Source of the DNA: Mayamaea pseudoterrestris
Taxonomy: Eukaryota
Direction: 5' to 3'
NCBI GenBank assembly: GCA_027923505.1
Contig: BROI01000011.1
Location: 744,001 to 808,000, forward strand
DNA: 64,000 bases
The notes beneath the pieces were generated by a model that worked only from the letters and a program-made list of their open reading frames with translations, did no database searches and was not told the origin of the DNA. Shown here one piece after another: positions 1-11,194 of this stretch. The first letter of the stretch is position 1. The number at the start of each line of letters is the position of its first letter. The position numbers and the translations under genes were made by a program.

Positions 1-533
1 TCACACCATACACTCAAGACTAGACGCAAGGGAACCAAACAAATACCGTAATTGGCTGACATTCACTTTGAACATCACTAACTGCCAATGATAGACTAGC
101 CCTTTAAAATATACAATATACTTGTAAGCTACCTATGGATCGTTGGCTCGGTGGGTACAATTCTCTGCTAGCTATGAATATAGCAGTGAGTTTCGAAAGC
201 GTCCGAATGTCTATGCGGTACTTAAAACTGCTGACGTCATCGTCATCGAAGCACACGCATTCGTTTCGCTTTTGGGAAGCGCGCGAGCAAAATCGTGACG
301 AGCGGAATCTCTAGCGCACAGCCAACCGAGCAGATAGATTCGAAAGACAACCGAAACGCAGCAACGCCAAAAGTCTAAAGTCGGCATTGCTGCAGGAGGA
401 GCGAAGGGTGAATTGTTCAGGTCATCAGTAGTGCATACAGAAACAATTGGTACGGAGGCACGAGAAGAAAAGACAGTTCACACTTCACACTCCTCATCAC
501 CGTGAGAACACATCATCTATCAATCATCCATCA

Positions 534-2459
534 ATGAAACGTCTCTTGCTGCTGTTCATATCTTTGGCTGTCAGTTCTGTTTCACTCAAGCTGCGTCCAC
601 TCATTAGGCGCCGTCGACATGCGTCTTTCCAAAAGCGATTCTACCGCGACAATTCTGATCTCGATCAGCCGCAGCAGTCATTAGAGGCTCCACCTCTTTC
701 TAAACGAGAAGACGATGCTTTACTCCGCAATGCGAATGCTCCACCGACCAATGACAAGTTGCTCCACGACAAAGTGGACTTGAAAGCTCCGATCAAATGC
801 GCACACGAGCTGAGGCGACGAGTGCTAGACGAAGGCGTGGAACTCAAGAAGTTACAGGTTCTTGTCGACACGGCAACAACGCCAAATCTTTCCCAACTGT
901 TGGATCATAATGTTGTTCAACTTTTGGCAGAACGCTATCGGACCAATTCGACTCCAGGTCATCGATCAGATAATGCAACGCTTGCATTAAGTATTGAAGG
1001 CGGCGGCATGCGCGGAGCAGTCAGTGCTGGAATGGCATCAGCGATTGCCTGCCTGGGATTGATTGACTCGTTTGACGTAATCTACGGGAGCTCTGCTGGA
1101 TCTGTCATTGGAGCGTACATGGTATCCCGTCAAATGTGTATGGACGTTTACGTGGACATTTTGCCGGCCGCCAAGCGTACGTTCGTTTGCGTCAAGCGAA
1201 TGCTCTCTGCCATTGCTGGAAATGCGATTGATCTGGTTTTGTACCGAGGCTCTCCCAAATATGGCCTAGCAAGCCCGGGAATGAACATTTCATTTGTATT
1301 GGACGGGATCATGCACGAGAATGAAGGGCTTCGACCAATTGATATTGAACGCTTTGAGAAGAACGACAAGCTTCAGCCACTCCGCATTGCATCATCGTAC
1401 GTCCAGGATGGAAAGCTGAAGACGCGATGCTTTGGGACGGAAGAGTTCTTTCCTGTGGGCGACGATGTGATGCAAAGGTCCGATGGACTGCGACATGGCT
1501 TGTTTGCATCGCTCGAGTCGTCCATGGCCGTTCCGGGTGCGACTGGTCCTCCGGTTCCGATTGTTGTCAAGAATGAGACGCTTTCATTCTTTGATGCCTT
1601 TTGTTTCGAGCCCATTCCCTATCGATCAGCAGTAGAGGATGGAGCGACGCATGTATTGGTTCTTGCTTCTCGACCTGAAGGCTTTCAGCCCAAGACAAAG
1701 CCAGGCGTTTATGAGCTTGGAGTTGCACCAATCTACTTTCGGTCCCATGGCGAAAAAGAAGTGGCTCGATTCTTTGAACGAGGCGGTCAGCAATATATAT
1801 ACGCCGAAGATTTGCTGACTCTGGAGGAAGGAAAGCGTTCCAAGGAAGCAGTGACGGTACCACCGCCTCGGGTCTTGTATGGCGTCGACCCTGATACAGA
1901 GACGCAGCGTTGCGCGTCAAATCGAGAAAACTGGAAAAAGGCGCATCTGTTGCCCCTCAAAGTTCCTCAAGGCACTCCAGAATTGGCCACACTAGAACAA
2001 GATCGTGATGAAGTGCTCAAAGCTGTCCGAGGAGGCTTTGCCGTCGCGTTTGATCTGCTAGCCCCGGCGATTGGATTAGAGATTGACGACGACTTGACAG
2101 GCTTTGACGTTGCCAGAGTGATATTTCCGAAAGGCAGTTTGCACAATGAAACTGAGATATTGGCGAAACAAATTTCATTTGAAGGAGACGAAATTCAGGT
2201 GTTTGAACCAGCACTCGTGGAAGCAGCAACAACGGCGAAGCCAAGGCGCACACAAGCACGAAATGTGGTTGTGCGTCTCGTCAATTTGCTGCGGCGAAAG
2301 AAGGAGGAAAATACTACGTTGCCGCTCAGCGTAGCACTTGATACACCCGATGATGCAATACAACAACTGCTCGCTGGATTACCCGGTCTTCAAGATGGGA
2401 AGTTGAAACATTTTGCCCGAAGTATTGAGGCGTCTCGACTTGATCGCGACAGTGTATAA
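534..2459 (+). CDS. Patatin-like phospholipase with N-terminal signal peptide
   Basis: Single-exon ORF. First ATG at 534 opens a hydrophobic leader (MKRLLLLFISLAVSSVS). Oxyanion motif EGGGMRG, nucleophile motif GSSAG, and a catalytic-Asp region FFDAFCFEPIP (variant of DGG). Confidence 0.85.
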   Translation: MKRLLLLFISLAVSSVSLKLRPLIRRRRHASFQKRFYRDNSDLDQPQQSLEAPPLSKREDDALLRNANAPPTNDKLLHDKVDLKAPIKCAHELRRRVLDEGVELKKLQVLVDTATTPNLSQLLDHNVVQLLAERYRTNSTPGHRSDNATLALSIEGGGMRGAVSAGMASAIACLGLIDSFDVIYGSSAGSVIGAYMVSRQMCMDVYVDILPAAKRTFVCVKRMLSAIAGNAIDLVLYRGSPKYGLASPGMNISFVLDGIMHENEGLRPIDIERFEKNDKLQPLRIASSYVQDGKLKTRCFGTEEFFPVGDDVMQRSDGLRHGLFASLESSMAVPGATGPPVPIVVKNETLSFFDAFCFEPIPYRSAVEDGATHVLVLASRPEGFQPKTKPGVYELGVAPIYFRSHGEKEVARFFERGGQQYIYAEDLLTLEEGKRSKEAVTVPPPRVLYGVDPDTETQRCASNRENWKKAHLLPLKVPQGTPELATLEQDRDEVLKAVRGGFAVAFDLLAPAIGLEIDDDLTGFDVARVIFPKGSLHNETEILAKQISFEGDEIQVFEPALVEAATTAKPRRTQARNVVVRLVNLLRRKKEENTTLPLSVALDTPDDAIQQLLAGLPGLQDGKLKHFARSIEASRLDRDSV

Positions 2460-2755
2460 TCGATTTCCATGTGCCAAATGACTACAAATACATCCACCTA
2501 AGCTATGATACTATAATGAACATATTGATTGCACAGCTATATGATACCCACCATAGCAGCTACTCTTATAGCTTCCCTCTGCTACGATGATACGCAAACC
2601 GGTAGAAGTGAGACATCTTTAAATACCGAACAGACACGTCTGACGCGCGGCACTTTCGGTTTCGGTCGCTCGGCCATGATGGCACGTTCACACGGCAGCT
2701 GACACCACTGATCTTCCTCATCGGCGCTCTTGCTTTTTACTGAATCTGCTGCATA

Positions 2756-3986
2756 ATGGGAAATCAGCAGCCAGTCAATGGCGCCGGCCAGGGAGGCTTG
2801 GTGCCGGGGACGCAAGGCGGCGATGTAACTCAACCAGGTGTTGCTCGTCAGCAGTTGCCTCCAGGGTCCTATCCAGGCGCCTACCTTCCACCGCAAGCAC
2901 CGCAAGGCTACCCTAGCTATGGCATGCCGCCACCAGATCCTTCACAGCAGCAGCAACAACCGAATAATATGGAGCGGACGATGAGTGATGCTTCCATGAC
3001 GATTATGGATAATGATCAGCAGCTGCAGCAGCAGGTTCTTCTGCAACAACAATTGTTACAGCAGCAACAGTCAACAGGGGTTTCTACGGAGAATTGGCTC
3101 GATGACGACAGCGTACCGACTGTCTTTCGATGGGAGCATGGTATGTGCAGCGCCTGTCTGCTTCCTTTGGAATTATAAGCGTCGCTTCTGACTGCTGACA
3201 TTGTCTCGGTCCTTTCCTTTCTCCTTATTTTCTTCAATATTTAGGAGGTCGCCAAGTTTACATTACTGGGACCTTTAATGGCTGGAGCCGACAGATTCCC
3301 ATGCATCGGAGCGGTAACGATTTCACTTATATTCATAATCTGAAACGAGGAAAGCATGCCTTTAAATTTATTGTCGATGATGAATGGAGGTTTGCGCCGG
3401 ATCAGCCGACGGTGGCAGACATTGAAGGACGAATCAACAACTTTATTGATGTGACGGATTTCAAGGTAAGTCGGTTAACCTTGTAGCTTTTCGTTCTGGC
3501 GCTTCAATGCGCAGCAGGGGACGGAGCCTGATCAAGTGTGACGTTCAATTGCATACTTTAAACTCACCTAACGATCACCTTTGCACCATTCTTTAGCCGT
3601 ACACGGGGGACATGGAATTTGAAAAAGAGAGAGCTGCTGCAGACTACGGAGCTCCGCCGGGTGAGGTTGACGCAGCGGACAAGGAGGACGCCACCCAAGG
3701 AATGGGCAAGCCGGACAAGGATGGCGAGATATTTTCTCACACGATGCCTGATCTTGATGACTACAACAAAGAACCTCCTCCACTGCCGCCGCATTTGCGG
3801 CATATAATTCTTAACAAGCCGCCCCAGCTCCAGGATACAGCCGCGCTTCCAGTACCACAGCATGTAGCGTTGAACCATCTTTACTGCACCGCCATCAAAG
3901 ACAATATGATGGTGCTGGCAACGACGCAGCGATACAAGACCAAGTTTGTGACTACTGTATACTATAGTCCATGTACGAGTAAATAG
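2756..3986 (+). CDS. AMPK/SNF1 beta regulatory subunit (CBM48 + ASC domain), 3 exons
   Basis: Exons 2756-3140, 3245-3465, 3597-3986 joined by GT-AG introns. Spliced protein has VPTVFRWEHGGRQVYITGTFNGW, FKFIVDDEWR, PPPLPPHL, PQHVALNHLY and RYKTKFVTTVYY. MG start fits myristoylation. Confidence 0.95.
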
Positions 3987-4222
3987 TAATTTGAGCTATA
4001 CTGTAAATTAATTTGGAACTGTAAACACACACACTGTTCAAGTCCGGTACCGGATATCACGGTTTACAGTGTAGTATCATTCAAATAATACTACATTTCC
4101 TATTATGTAAGACGCCCTCGTGTATATATCGCCATGGCAAGTTAACACTGTTAAAGTAGCGCTTTCGTCCCAACGTTCAACCTACTTTCCGCTGGCGGAT
4201 CATACTTGTTTCCACGCCCAAC

Positions 4223-5035
4223 TTACTTTTCCGCTGGCGGATCATATTCAGAGCTCTCTTGACTAATGGCCGTTCCCTGATGTTGCGGCGGCAGTCCATG
4301 CATTTCATCCATCATGGTCATGACGGCATTGCTGGGTTGATCGAGTATTTCTGAGCGATGTGCCGCCAAAATGGCAGCAAACGAACCAAGTAGTACTGAT
4401 TGTATCAAGGAAAAGAAGGCCATGATAGAGTCCATTTTAGACGAAACATTTGCTGTCCTTTGGTCCTTGACATATCCAAGGTACCTATGCGGGAAAGCGC
4501 AAGTAAAAGGAAATCGGCGAAGGTGAGCGACTGTACCTATCAAGTCGTCAAGTCGTCAGACATGATATTCATATATCACGCGACACAGCTTCTTACATTA
4601 AGAAGAGTAAAAAGAACAGCTGACTAGTACTGACGATGCCACCCATGAAGAAGCCAACTGCCATGCTATTGTGAAATTTTCTCATAATCATCGTGCCTCC
4701 AATGCTTAAAACGCAGAGCATAATGGCCGACCAAAAAGATGCAAATCCCTCAGAAAATGACCTTGTTCCCATGACACAAAATGACATGATGGAGAGAATC
4801 ACTGTCATGCCGAGAATAGAGTACCTAATGATAGGAAGACGGTAGAATAGAGGATGAGCCGAGTTCACTAAAATACTTGTCGTCCGTTTCGTTGTCAAAA
4901 TTGATCCTGGAAACGGCTCATTGCGGATTGTCTAGTGTCGCCTACTTACCACCAACCGGCAATTAGCTTGCGCGAGGATCCCCCGCATAGTCTATTGGAT
5001 AGATACGTTGTATAGTAGGATAAAAAGTTTGTCAT
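4223..5035 (-). CDS. Small multi-pass (~4 TM) membrane protein, hypothetical, 3 exons
   Basis: Exons 5035-4950, 4824-4597, 4484-4223. Both introns (gtaag...tag) restore the frame (..IAGW-W-YSILGM..; ..FLLFL-M-YLGYVK..). Several hydrophobic helices. Confidence 0.75.
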
Positions 5036-5458
5036 GATCAAAAGGCAGTGGCAGGGCAAAACAACATCATGGTCAAACGCAATGGGCGAAGCGATCCATG
5101 TGTGTGAAGCATGCGAGCCGTCCAATGAGTTGCTGTTCAACGGGCACAATCGCGCCGGCAGGACTTAAGTCGCAGTAGTTTTGAAACCTAGCTATCGTAC
5201 GACTACGTACTACACACATGCGAATTTACAGAGATACAAAACTACCGTATAGCGGCCCAATGACAGTCAGAAGCGTTCGCATGTAGAACACCATTTAAAC
5301 ATGCTTTGACTTTACTGATTGCCTTGGTCGTTAATTGCATCTTATCACACCGCGAGCTTCAAGTAGCAAGGTGGCCAACGCCCGGTACAGATTGAAATTC
5401 AACGTCTTCGTCCACCATGAGCTTTGCTTCTTCAACCAAAGAGACTTAACGAAAAGGG

Positions 5459-8400
5459 TTACAGTCCCCATGGGGACTGAGTTGGCGTCGCACATGCCTT
5501 GGATGCGGCGCTTTGCGTCATCGAGTGAGTTTCATCGCCTCCGTATACGGTCGAAGCCCAATCATTGTCAGTTGTAAATGAGCCCGACGTGCACATGCCA
5601 ACATCGCTACTATCATCGTCTGTCGCGGTCCCTGCATGCTTTTGGTGCTTCTGAAGTTTCTCAAGCTGCAAGCGAAAGCATAGCGCGGAGAAGCCTTCCA
5701 TGAGCATTCTGCATTGGTCAGAAGACGCAGCAGTGACGTCAAGTGTACGCTTGGAAAAGATAAGAGAAAAGCTCTTATTGGCAACGCCTTCTTTAGTGCA
5801 TTTTGCTCTCGTCGTCGCAGTCCCCGTCTTCTTGCGTGATTCAGGATCTGGCTCCCAGGCGTGCCTAACCTCTCGACATTTTATAAGATCCAGTTTTGGA
5901 CGCTTTCCCTTATTGATATCGGCTGATGGATCATCCTCGCATGGCTTCCATGTCAATGTCCTGCCATCCTCTTTTAGATAAATGACGCGCTTTGCCGACT
6001 TAGACCAGCGTGATTTGTTATGTTTAATTACAGTCAGTCCAGTACGCATGCGAGCGCAAAAAGGCCGCAGCACGTAGTCGGCCGCATTCAAACACCCTGC
6101 CGCTGGCTTAAATGCAGGAATTCGCTTGTCAGACCCCTTGACCTTGCCGTTGCGCTCTTCCAGCATAGCTCCCATGTCAATAATACTTCTATCGAGCGAG
6201 AGTCTTCGGCGAGGAGCCTGCTTGTACCGATCAAGCTCCTGGAAGACTTGAATGTCATTGTACATGCTGGCACCAAACGACAAATCCGAGTCTTCCGACT
6301 CATCATCTCCATCACTATCAAAATCAATATCAGCCCAGTTATAAGTGTTCCTGGCCGAAGCTGGTAGGATCTTATTACCATGATCGCTTATAACTGGCAA
6401 GCTTGGTGGTTGTTGGACTAGCTGCTTTTGCACCTCTACCAAATTATCTGCACTCAAAACAACATGCGGTGTGGTCAATGGGCGGGCTCGCGCTACTGCT
6501 GAAGACTTTAAACCAACCAGATGGGGCGGAGCAGCATTTGTTGTAGCCTCCTCGGGTTTGCGCGAAGATACATGCGGTAAGTGGGGTAATGGAACTATAT
6601 GCGACTCTTCTGTAGTGACGCTTTTGCCCTCGTCGGGCGTTACAGGAAGTGAATCGGTCGCGGATGTAATTTCGGCTGCCTTCGCCGCAGCAGCCGCTTC
6701 CCATTTCTTTTGCTCGGCTTCTTGCTGTTTCTTTTCCTTGGCCTTGTTTAAGACATCGAGCATACTCTCCTCATCACTCGAAGGATCATCTTCTTCATCA
6801 TTTGAAAAATTGTTGGCCTTGCCTCGTGCTAGATGCATTCCAAGCTTGCCCATCAGCTTTGGCTTCGTGTGCGTTTTCAAAACCGAATTAAGGTATCCGC
6901 TACGATTAAACAAGGAGTCTGGATCATTCATATCGTCGTCATCGTCATCCATGCCTTGTAGCAAATGCATTTCATCATCCGACGACATTCCTCGCTTGGA
7001 AGTGTCAGCGGTCGTGGCGCGATGACCCGAGGCAAACGACTGATCACCACCCGAGATGCTTCCATCAGGTCGCATCAAACATGAGTTTCGCCGCAAGCGT
7101 TTTGTGGAGCTCATTGACTGTTCCGAGTCACTGGCACCCTCTCGTTGCTCCTTATCGCTGTCGGCGTGTCCGTCAAAATCCTCGTCGCCCGATGTGGCGT
7201 TCCCTCCAGGTGATATTCCCGCAGCGATACCGTCTCCACTTCCATATCCATACATTTCAGTATTGTCCTGCTGATCCTCCGAGTCACTTGGCGTTGCATG
7301 GCCACCTTGTTCAGCGGTATCCGCATCCGGTTCCAAGTCACTCTCAGCCACGTGCAAGGCTCCCACTGATATTTCCTGCATTAACATGGGGTCTTGCTCC
7401 GGGCGGATCACGCACGAGTTGCGTCGACGAGATCGGCTGCTCGCCTGACTCCGATTGCTTCCTCGTCGCTCATATTTTGGAAGCTCCACGTTGCCCTGCC
7501 GCGGTGTTGGTCCGCCGTAGCCATAGCCCAATGAGTCGGCCGCACCATGATGACTGTGCGCGGACGCTTGGCTTCTATGACTTCCCCGCCGTTCGTAACC
7601 AGTTGCTGCGCCGCGCTTGGCAACTGTTGGGGCTGCGTATCCGTATCCCATGCCAGCGTCTTCGGCGTAGCCATAGTCAGGGTCGTCCTCATCATCATTG
7701 TCATCATCCTCGTCGTCGAGTCCCTGTGATGCAGCCTGCGCGGCGTTACCCGACATACGTCGACTCATACGAGCAACAACATCCGGATTGATACCAAACT
7801 TGAGTGTATGTGGTTCCGCCGGTGGAGGAGGCGCGGCCTCTACCGAGTTATTGTAACCATTGGACATGCGTCGTAGCTGTCGAGAAGAAGCGTTATTGCT
7901 GTAGCCGTTGGACATGCGACGGCTCTGCTTTCGTTGACTCGACGGCATGGTTCCTTGCTCCATAATCTCGTTGCCAGCTGCACTGTTGTCAGTATTGCTA
8001 AGGGACTGTCGTCGCGTACGGGATCGAACTGGCTGCTGGTCATGATATTGATAGTCGTCATTCGTGAGCAACATACCTCCACCAGTACTAGCTCGACGAC
8101 CCCGTCGCTGTGGAAGGGGCCGATGATACGGTTCGTCAAATGATCGCGACGTTATTGCAACATTTTGATGTGACTGCGATTGCCTGCGCTGAGAGCTACC
8201 TCCACTGTTGCTTCGACTAACACTTCCTCGTCGACGCACCGACGGTGGAGGAATCTGGTAAAAGGCGTCACCAGTAACAGCACGAGTGTCATGGTTACCA
8301 TAATAGTCATGCACCTGCGGAACAGCTCCCATGCTAGCGCGTCGATGTCGACGTTGACTAGCACATTCTTGTTGCTGCTGCATTGGTTGCACAAAGAGCA

Positions 8401-8650
8401 GCTCGCCAACGTGATGATTGACACTCACTTCGTGCTCGTAAGGCACTTCTCCTCCCAGGCTTGCTCGACGAGCCGTTTGTTTCAATTCATGGCGTTCCTG
8501 GGGCTGCGCGAAAAATTGGATAGTTGCGTCGACCCGCTTGGAGTGAGTGTTCATGTCACCTCCGCTTCCGTAACCGTACTCCATGTGCGCTTGCTGGAAT
8601 TCTTCGCTGCAGTCAATTAGATGGCTGCTGCTGTTGCTCTTCTTCACCAT
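5459..8650 (-). CDS. Large disordered protein with C-terminal PH-like domain
   Basis: 1063-aa ORF. Low-complexity N-terminus with many RRxS motifs. C-terminus (VIKHNKSRW..KRVIYL..TLTWKP..LDLIKCREVR..SFSLIFSKRTLDVTA..LMEGFSAL) matches the PLC/Num1-type PH pattern. Confidence 0.7.
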   Translation of the reverse strand: MVKKSNSSSHLIDCSEEFQQAHMEYGYGSGGDMNTHSKRVDATIQFFAQPQERHELKQTARRASLGGEVPYEHEVSVNHHVGELLFVQPMQQQQECASQRRHRRASMGAVPQVHDYYGNHDTRAVTGDAFYQIPPPSVRRRGSVSRSNSGGSSQRRQSQSHQNVAITSRSFDEPYHRPLPQRRGRRASTGGGMLLTNDDYQYHDQQPVRSRTRRQSLSNTDNSAAGNEIMEQGTMPSSQRKQSRRMSNGYSNNASSRQLRRMSNGYNNSVEAAPPPPAEPHTLKFGINPDVVARMSRRMSGNAAQAASQGLDDEDDDNDDEDDPDYGYAEDAGMGYGYAAPTVAKRGAATGYERRGSHRSQASAHSHHGAADSLGYGYGGPTPRQGNVELPKYERRGSNRSQASSRSRRRNSCVIRPEQDPMLMQEISVGALHVAESDLEPDADTAEQGGHATPSDSEDQQDNTEMYGYGSGDGIAAGISPGGNATSGDEDFDGHADSDKEQREGASDSEQSMSSTKRLRRNSCLMRPDGSISGGDQSFASGHRATTADTSKRGMSSDDEMHLLQGMDDDDDDMNDPDSLFNRSGYLNSVLKTHTKPKLMGKLGMHLARGKANNFSNDEEDDPSSDEESMLDVLNKAKEKKQQEAEQKKWEAAAAAKAAEITSATDSLPVTPDEGKSVTTEESHIVPLPHLPHVSSRKPEEATTNAAPPHLVGLKSSAVARARPLTTPHVVLSADNLVEVQKQLVQQPPSLPVISDHGNKILPASARNTYNWADIDFDSDGDDESEDSDLSFGASMYNDIQVFQELDRYKQAPRRRLSLDRSIIDMGAMLEERNGKVKGSDKRIPAFKPAAGCLNAADYVLRPFCARMRTGLTVIKHNKSRWSKSAKRVIYLKEDGRTLTWKPCEDDPSADINKGKRPKLDLIKCREVRHAWEPDPESRKKTGTATTRAKCTKEGVANKSFSLIFSKRTLDVTAASSDQCRMLMEGFSALCFRLQLEKLQKHQKHAGTATDDDSSDVGMCTSGSFTTDNDWASTVYGGDETHSMTQSAASKACATPTQSPWGL

Positions 8651-8924
8651 GGTAGAATGTCTTGACTTTGTAAATCAACGCAGTCTATTGATGAGTGCTT
8701 GTCGCGGAAAGCAGTTATGATCGGATGATGGCTTGTCATGTTGTGGGTCATGACGAATATGGCGCGACGGCGCGCCAAAGAAAATGACCGTCAAAATGAC
8801 CGCTCATACACGATAGGCAGCAATAACCTCTGGCAAGTTGAACGACGAACCGTCACAAGCGATTTCAATCGCTTCCATGATCAAGTAGTGCAAACACTTC
8901 ATACTTCAGCATCGAATAAGTAAG

Positions 8925-9167
8925 ATGGGTAACAGTCCATTAGCCGCCATGGGTGCCAAGCACCAAGCCAAGGGCATGCTACAGGACGCGACCGGAGGAT
9001 CAGAGGCGGACAAGAAGCGGGCAGCCGAGTTTGCAGCAAAGAAAAAGGACTTGGCCGCGACAAGAGCGGAACGAGACGAAGAATTCAAAAAGAAACAGGC
9101 AGAACGAGCTGAACGAAAGGGAAAGCTATCGGACAAGTGGGCGGCAAGCAAAAAGGCAAACAGCTAG
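8925..9167 (+). CDS. 80-aa charged helical protein, complexin(synaphin)-like central helix
   Basis: ATG-to-TAG ORF in an intergenic slot. MG start. Segment ERDEEFKKKQAERAERKGKLSDKW resembles the complexin SNARE-binding helix (see findings). Confidence 0.6.
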   Translation: MGNSPLAAMGAKHQAKGMLQDATGGSEADKKRAAEFAAKKKDLAATRAERDEEFKKKQAERAERKGKLSDKWAASKKANS

Positions 9168-9277
9168 TAAAATTGCATGATGCATGGCATGTAAGCGCCT
9201 GAACAATCTTCGATATGATACTTTGATCACAGCTTTAATTTGATAACACCCTTTACATAATAGAACACAAGAACTCG

Positions 9278-10661
9278 TTACATCTCTTTAATTTCAAAGG
9301 ATGCATCGAGCTCCTTTACAATTCGCTCCGTCAATCGACTCCCAAACGCAACCGCTGGAGTCATGACGCCGCCTTGGTTTGTTGTAGATTCCAACAAGAG
9401 TAAACCTGTCTCGACCAGCAAGGCAGCTGTGTAGAGATACCCAATGTCTTTGTTGAACTGAAATGTTGATTGAATTTTGATTTCTTCCTTTTCGCTCGAT
9501 AATTTGCGCATCACACCCAATCCATGTAGAATCAAGTACCCATTCTCCATTGTCTCTCTATCTGGACCTTCACCAGGAGAAGGTAAAAAGCGACCAAATA
9601 CCGAGGGAGCTGCAATTGCTGCAGCCAACAGCGCCGTCTTGCTCGTTTGGAGCAACCAACTAGAAAGTGATGATTGCTTGTATAGCTGCGCGTCACCATA
9701 CTGTAATGACTTGTTGTACTGCAACAAAGCGCTGACGTAATTGATACAATTGGATATGTTAGAACCTAGCTGTGACATGTAGAGAATCACACCTTCGTGC
9801 GACACGCGACAAAACACGTAACGTAAGTACAATGCACGATAACACTCACTTGCTGCGACGAACGCAATTTACCATGACGGGCCCCATGATCCACGGACCT
9901 GCCTTGCACTCCAATTCCGGTACTTCCACAGTCGCTTTGGGCGAAGCATTTGTCGTGACAAACTCGGAACTTGTCCCTTCGGTCGTTGTCAACAATGGAT
10001 CAAATGCAGGTTTGTTCGATTTGTCAGACCGATCCTTGTTCAACTGAAAAGTGGCCGTCGCAACCGTTCCACCCGAAAATGAGGCCGATGCGGGCATTTC
10101 GACAAAAGTCTTGACAGAGATTAGCTCGCAGTCCTTGGACCGAGCAAACTTGTTCATCTCATAAACTGTCAAATCTTGCGGAATACAGTCATTGCCGCAG
10201 TGATGAACAATCTTGGCACCGCTGGCTTGCGCGACCTTGTCAAAGTCGCGAATACACGCACGGACAAAGTCAGTTTCGCCCGTTACATCTGCATAGTGGA
10301 CACCGAGCTCGGCGCAGTATTTTACTAGCTTGGTGCCGTATCGCTCAAAAGGTCCAGCGCATGTCACGACGACGCGAGTCTGCGATACAACTTGCTTGAG
10401 AGCTTCTTCCTCGGATGGCGTTGCACAAAGCAAGTCTGCGACAAGAACGTCAGGTAGAGCAACTTGAACATCATCACTGTTGTCTACCATATTTTGAAGT
10501 ACCGCCTTGGCCTTCGCTTCGTTGCGTGCGCAGACGGCCCATTTAAAAGCCTTTGTTGTTTTGTCTTGCTGCTTTTGTAGCAAGTATTCGGCGGCCAGCT
10601 TGCCTGTGAAGCCAGTCACACCAAAGAGGATGATATCGTATTGTTTAAAGTTGCTCGACAT
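9278..10661 (-). CDS. Saccharopine dehydrogenase-like oxidoreductase (SCCPDH/trans-acting enoyl reductase family), 2 exons
   Basis: Exons 10661-9850 and 9731-9278, intron gtgag...cag. Motifs FGVTGFTG, CAGPF, HYADVTGE, CGNDCIPQD, SGGT, VRRSNALL (across the junction), PGEGP and GVMTPAVAFG. Confidence 0.9.
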
Positions 10662-11194
10662 TGTATAATGCTGATGGCGTCTTGAAAACCGAATGAAATT
10701 CTGTGTGTTTTGTCGAAACGTTAAGACAGCGGCCTAAAGTCGTGGTGTATCTAAATTTGCGAATAATATTGATTGCACGAGACAATGTCCTCAATACTTT
10801 GCACGAGAGTTAACAACGTTTTCGCCCTTGAATGACGGTTTGTCCATGGCTTGAGCTCGTCATCATCGAAGCGACGGCGACATATTTCGTAGCGTCATAA
10901 TATATACCGGTACGACTTCTTAGAGAGTCATTTTGAGCTTCGCCCTAAAGGCAATAGTTTCATTTGGCCCCAAATGACTTTTGCGAGTCATATTCGTTCA
11001 CACACGATCACTTGCTTCACAAACTCCCATCGCCGCGACGGAACATTACACGACGACACTGCAGTTGCTTTGCTCCTTCAAAGAAGCAGTCTCGGTCATA
11101 TAATAAATATACAGCCAAACACACTACCATTGCAACATCAAGCTGATTAATTGTTGGCGAGGTTGTACCTTGGCAAGCAGGATCAGCAGGAAGA

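Noticed and set aside
232..239. TGACGTCA (bZIP/CRE-like site) upstream of the patatin gene
   Set aside because: A single 8-mer is expected by chance in 64 kb and there is no supporting evidence.
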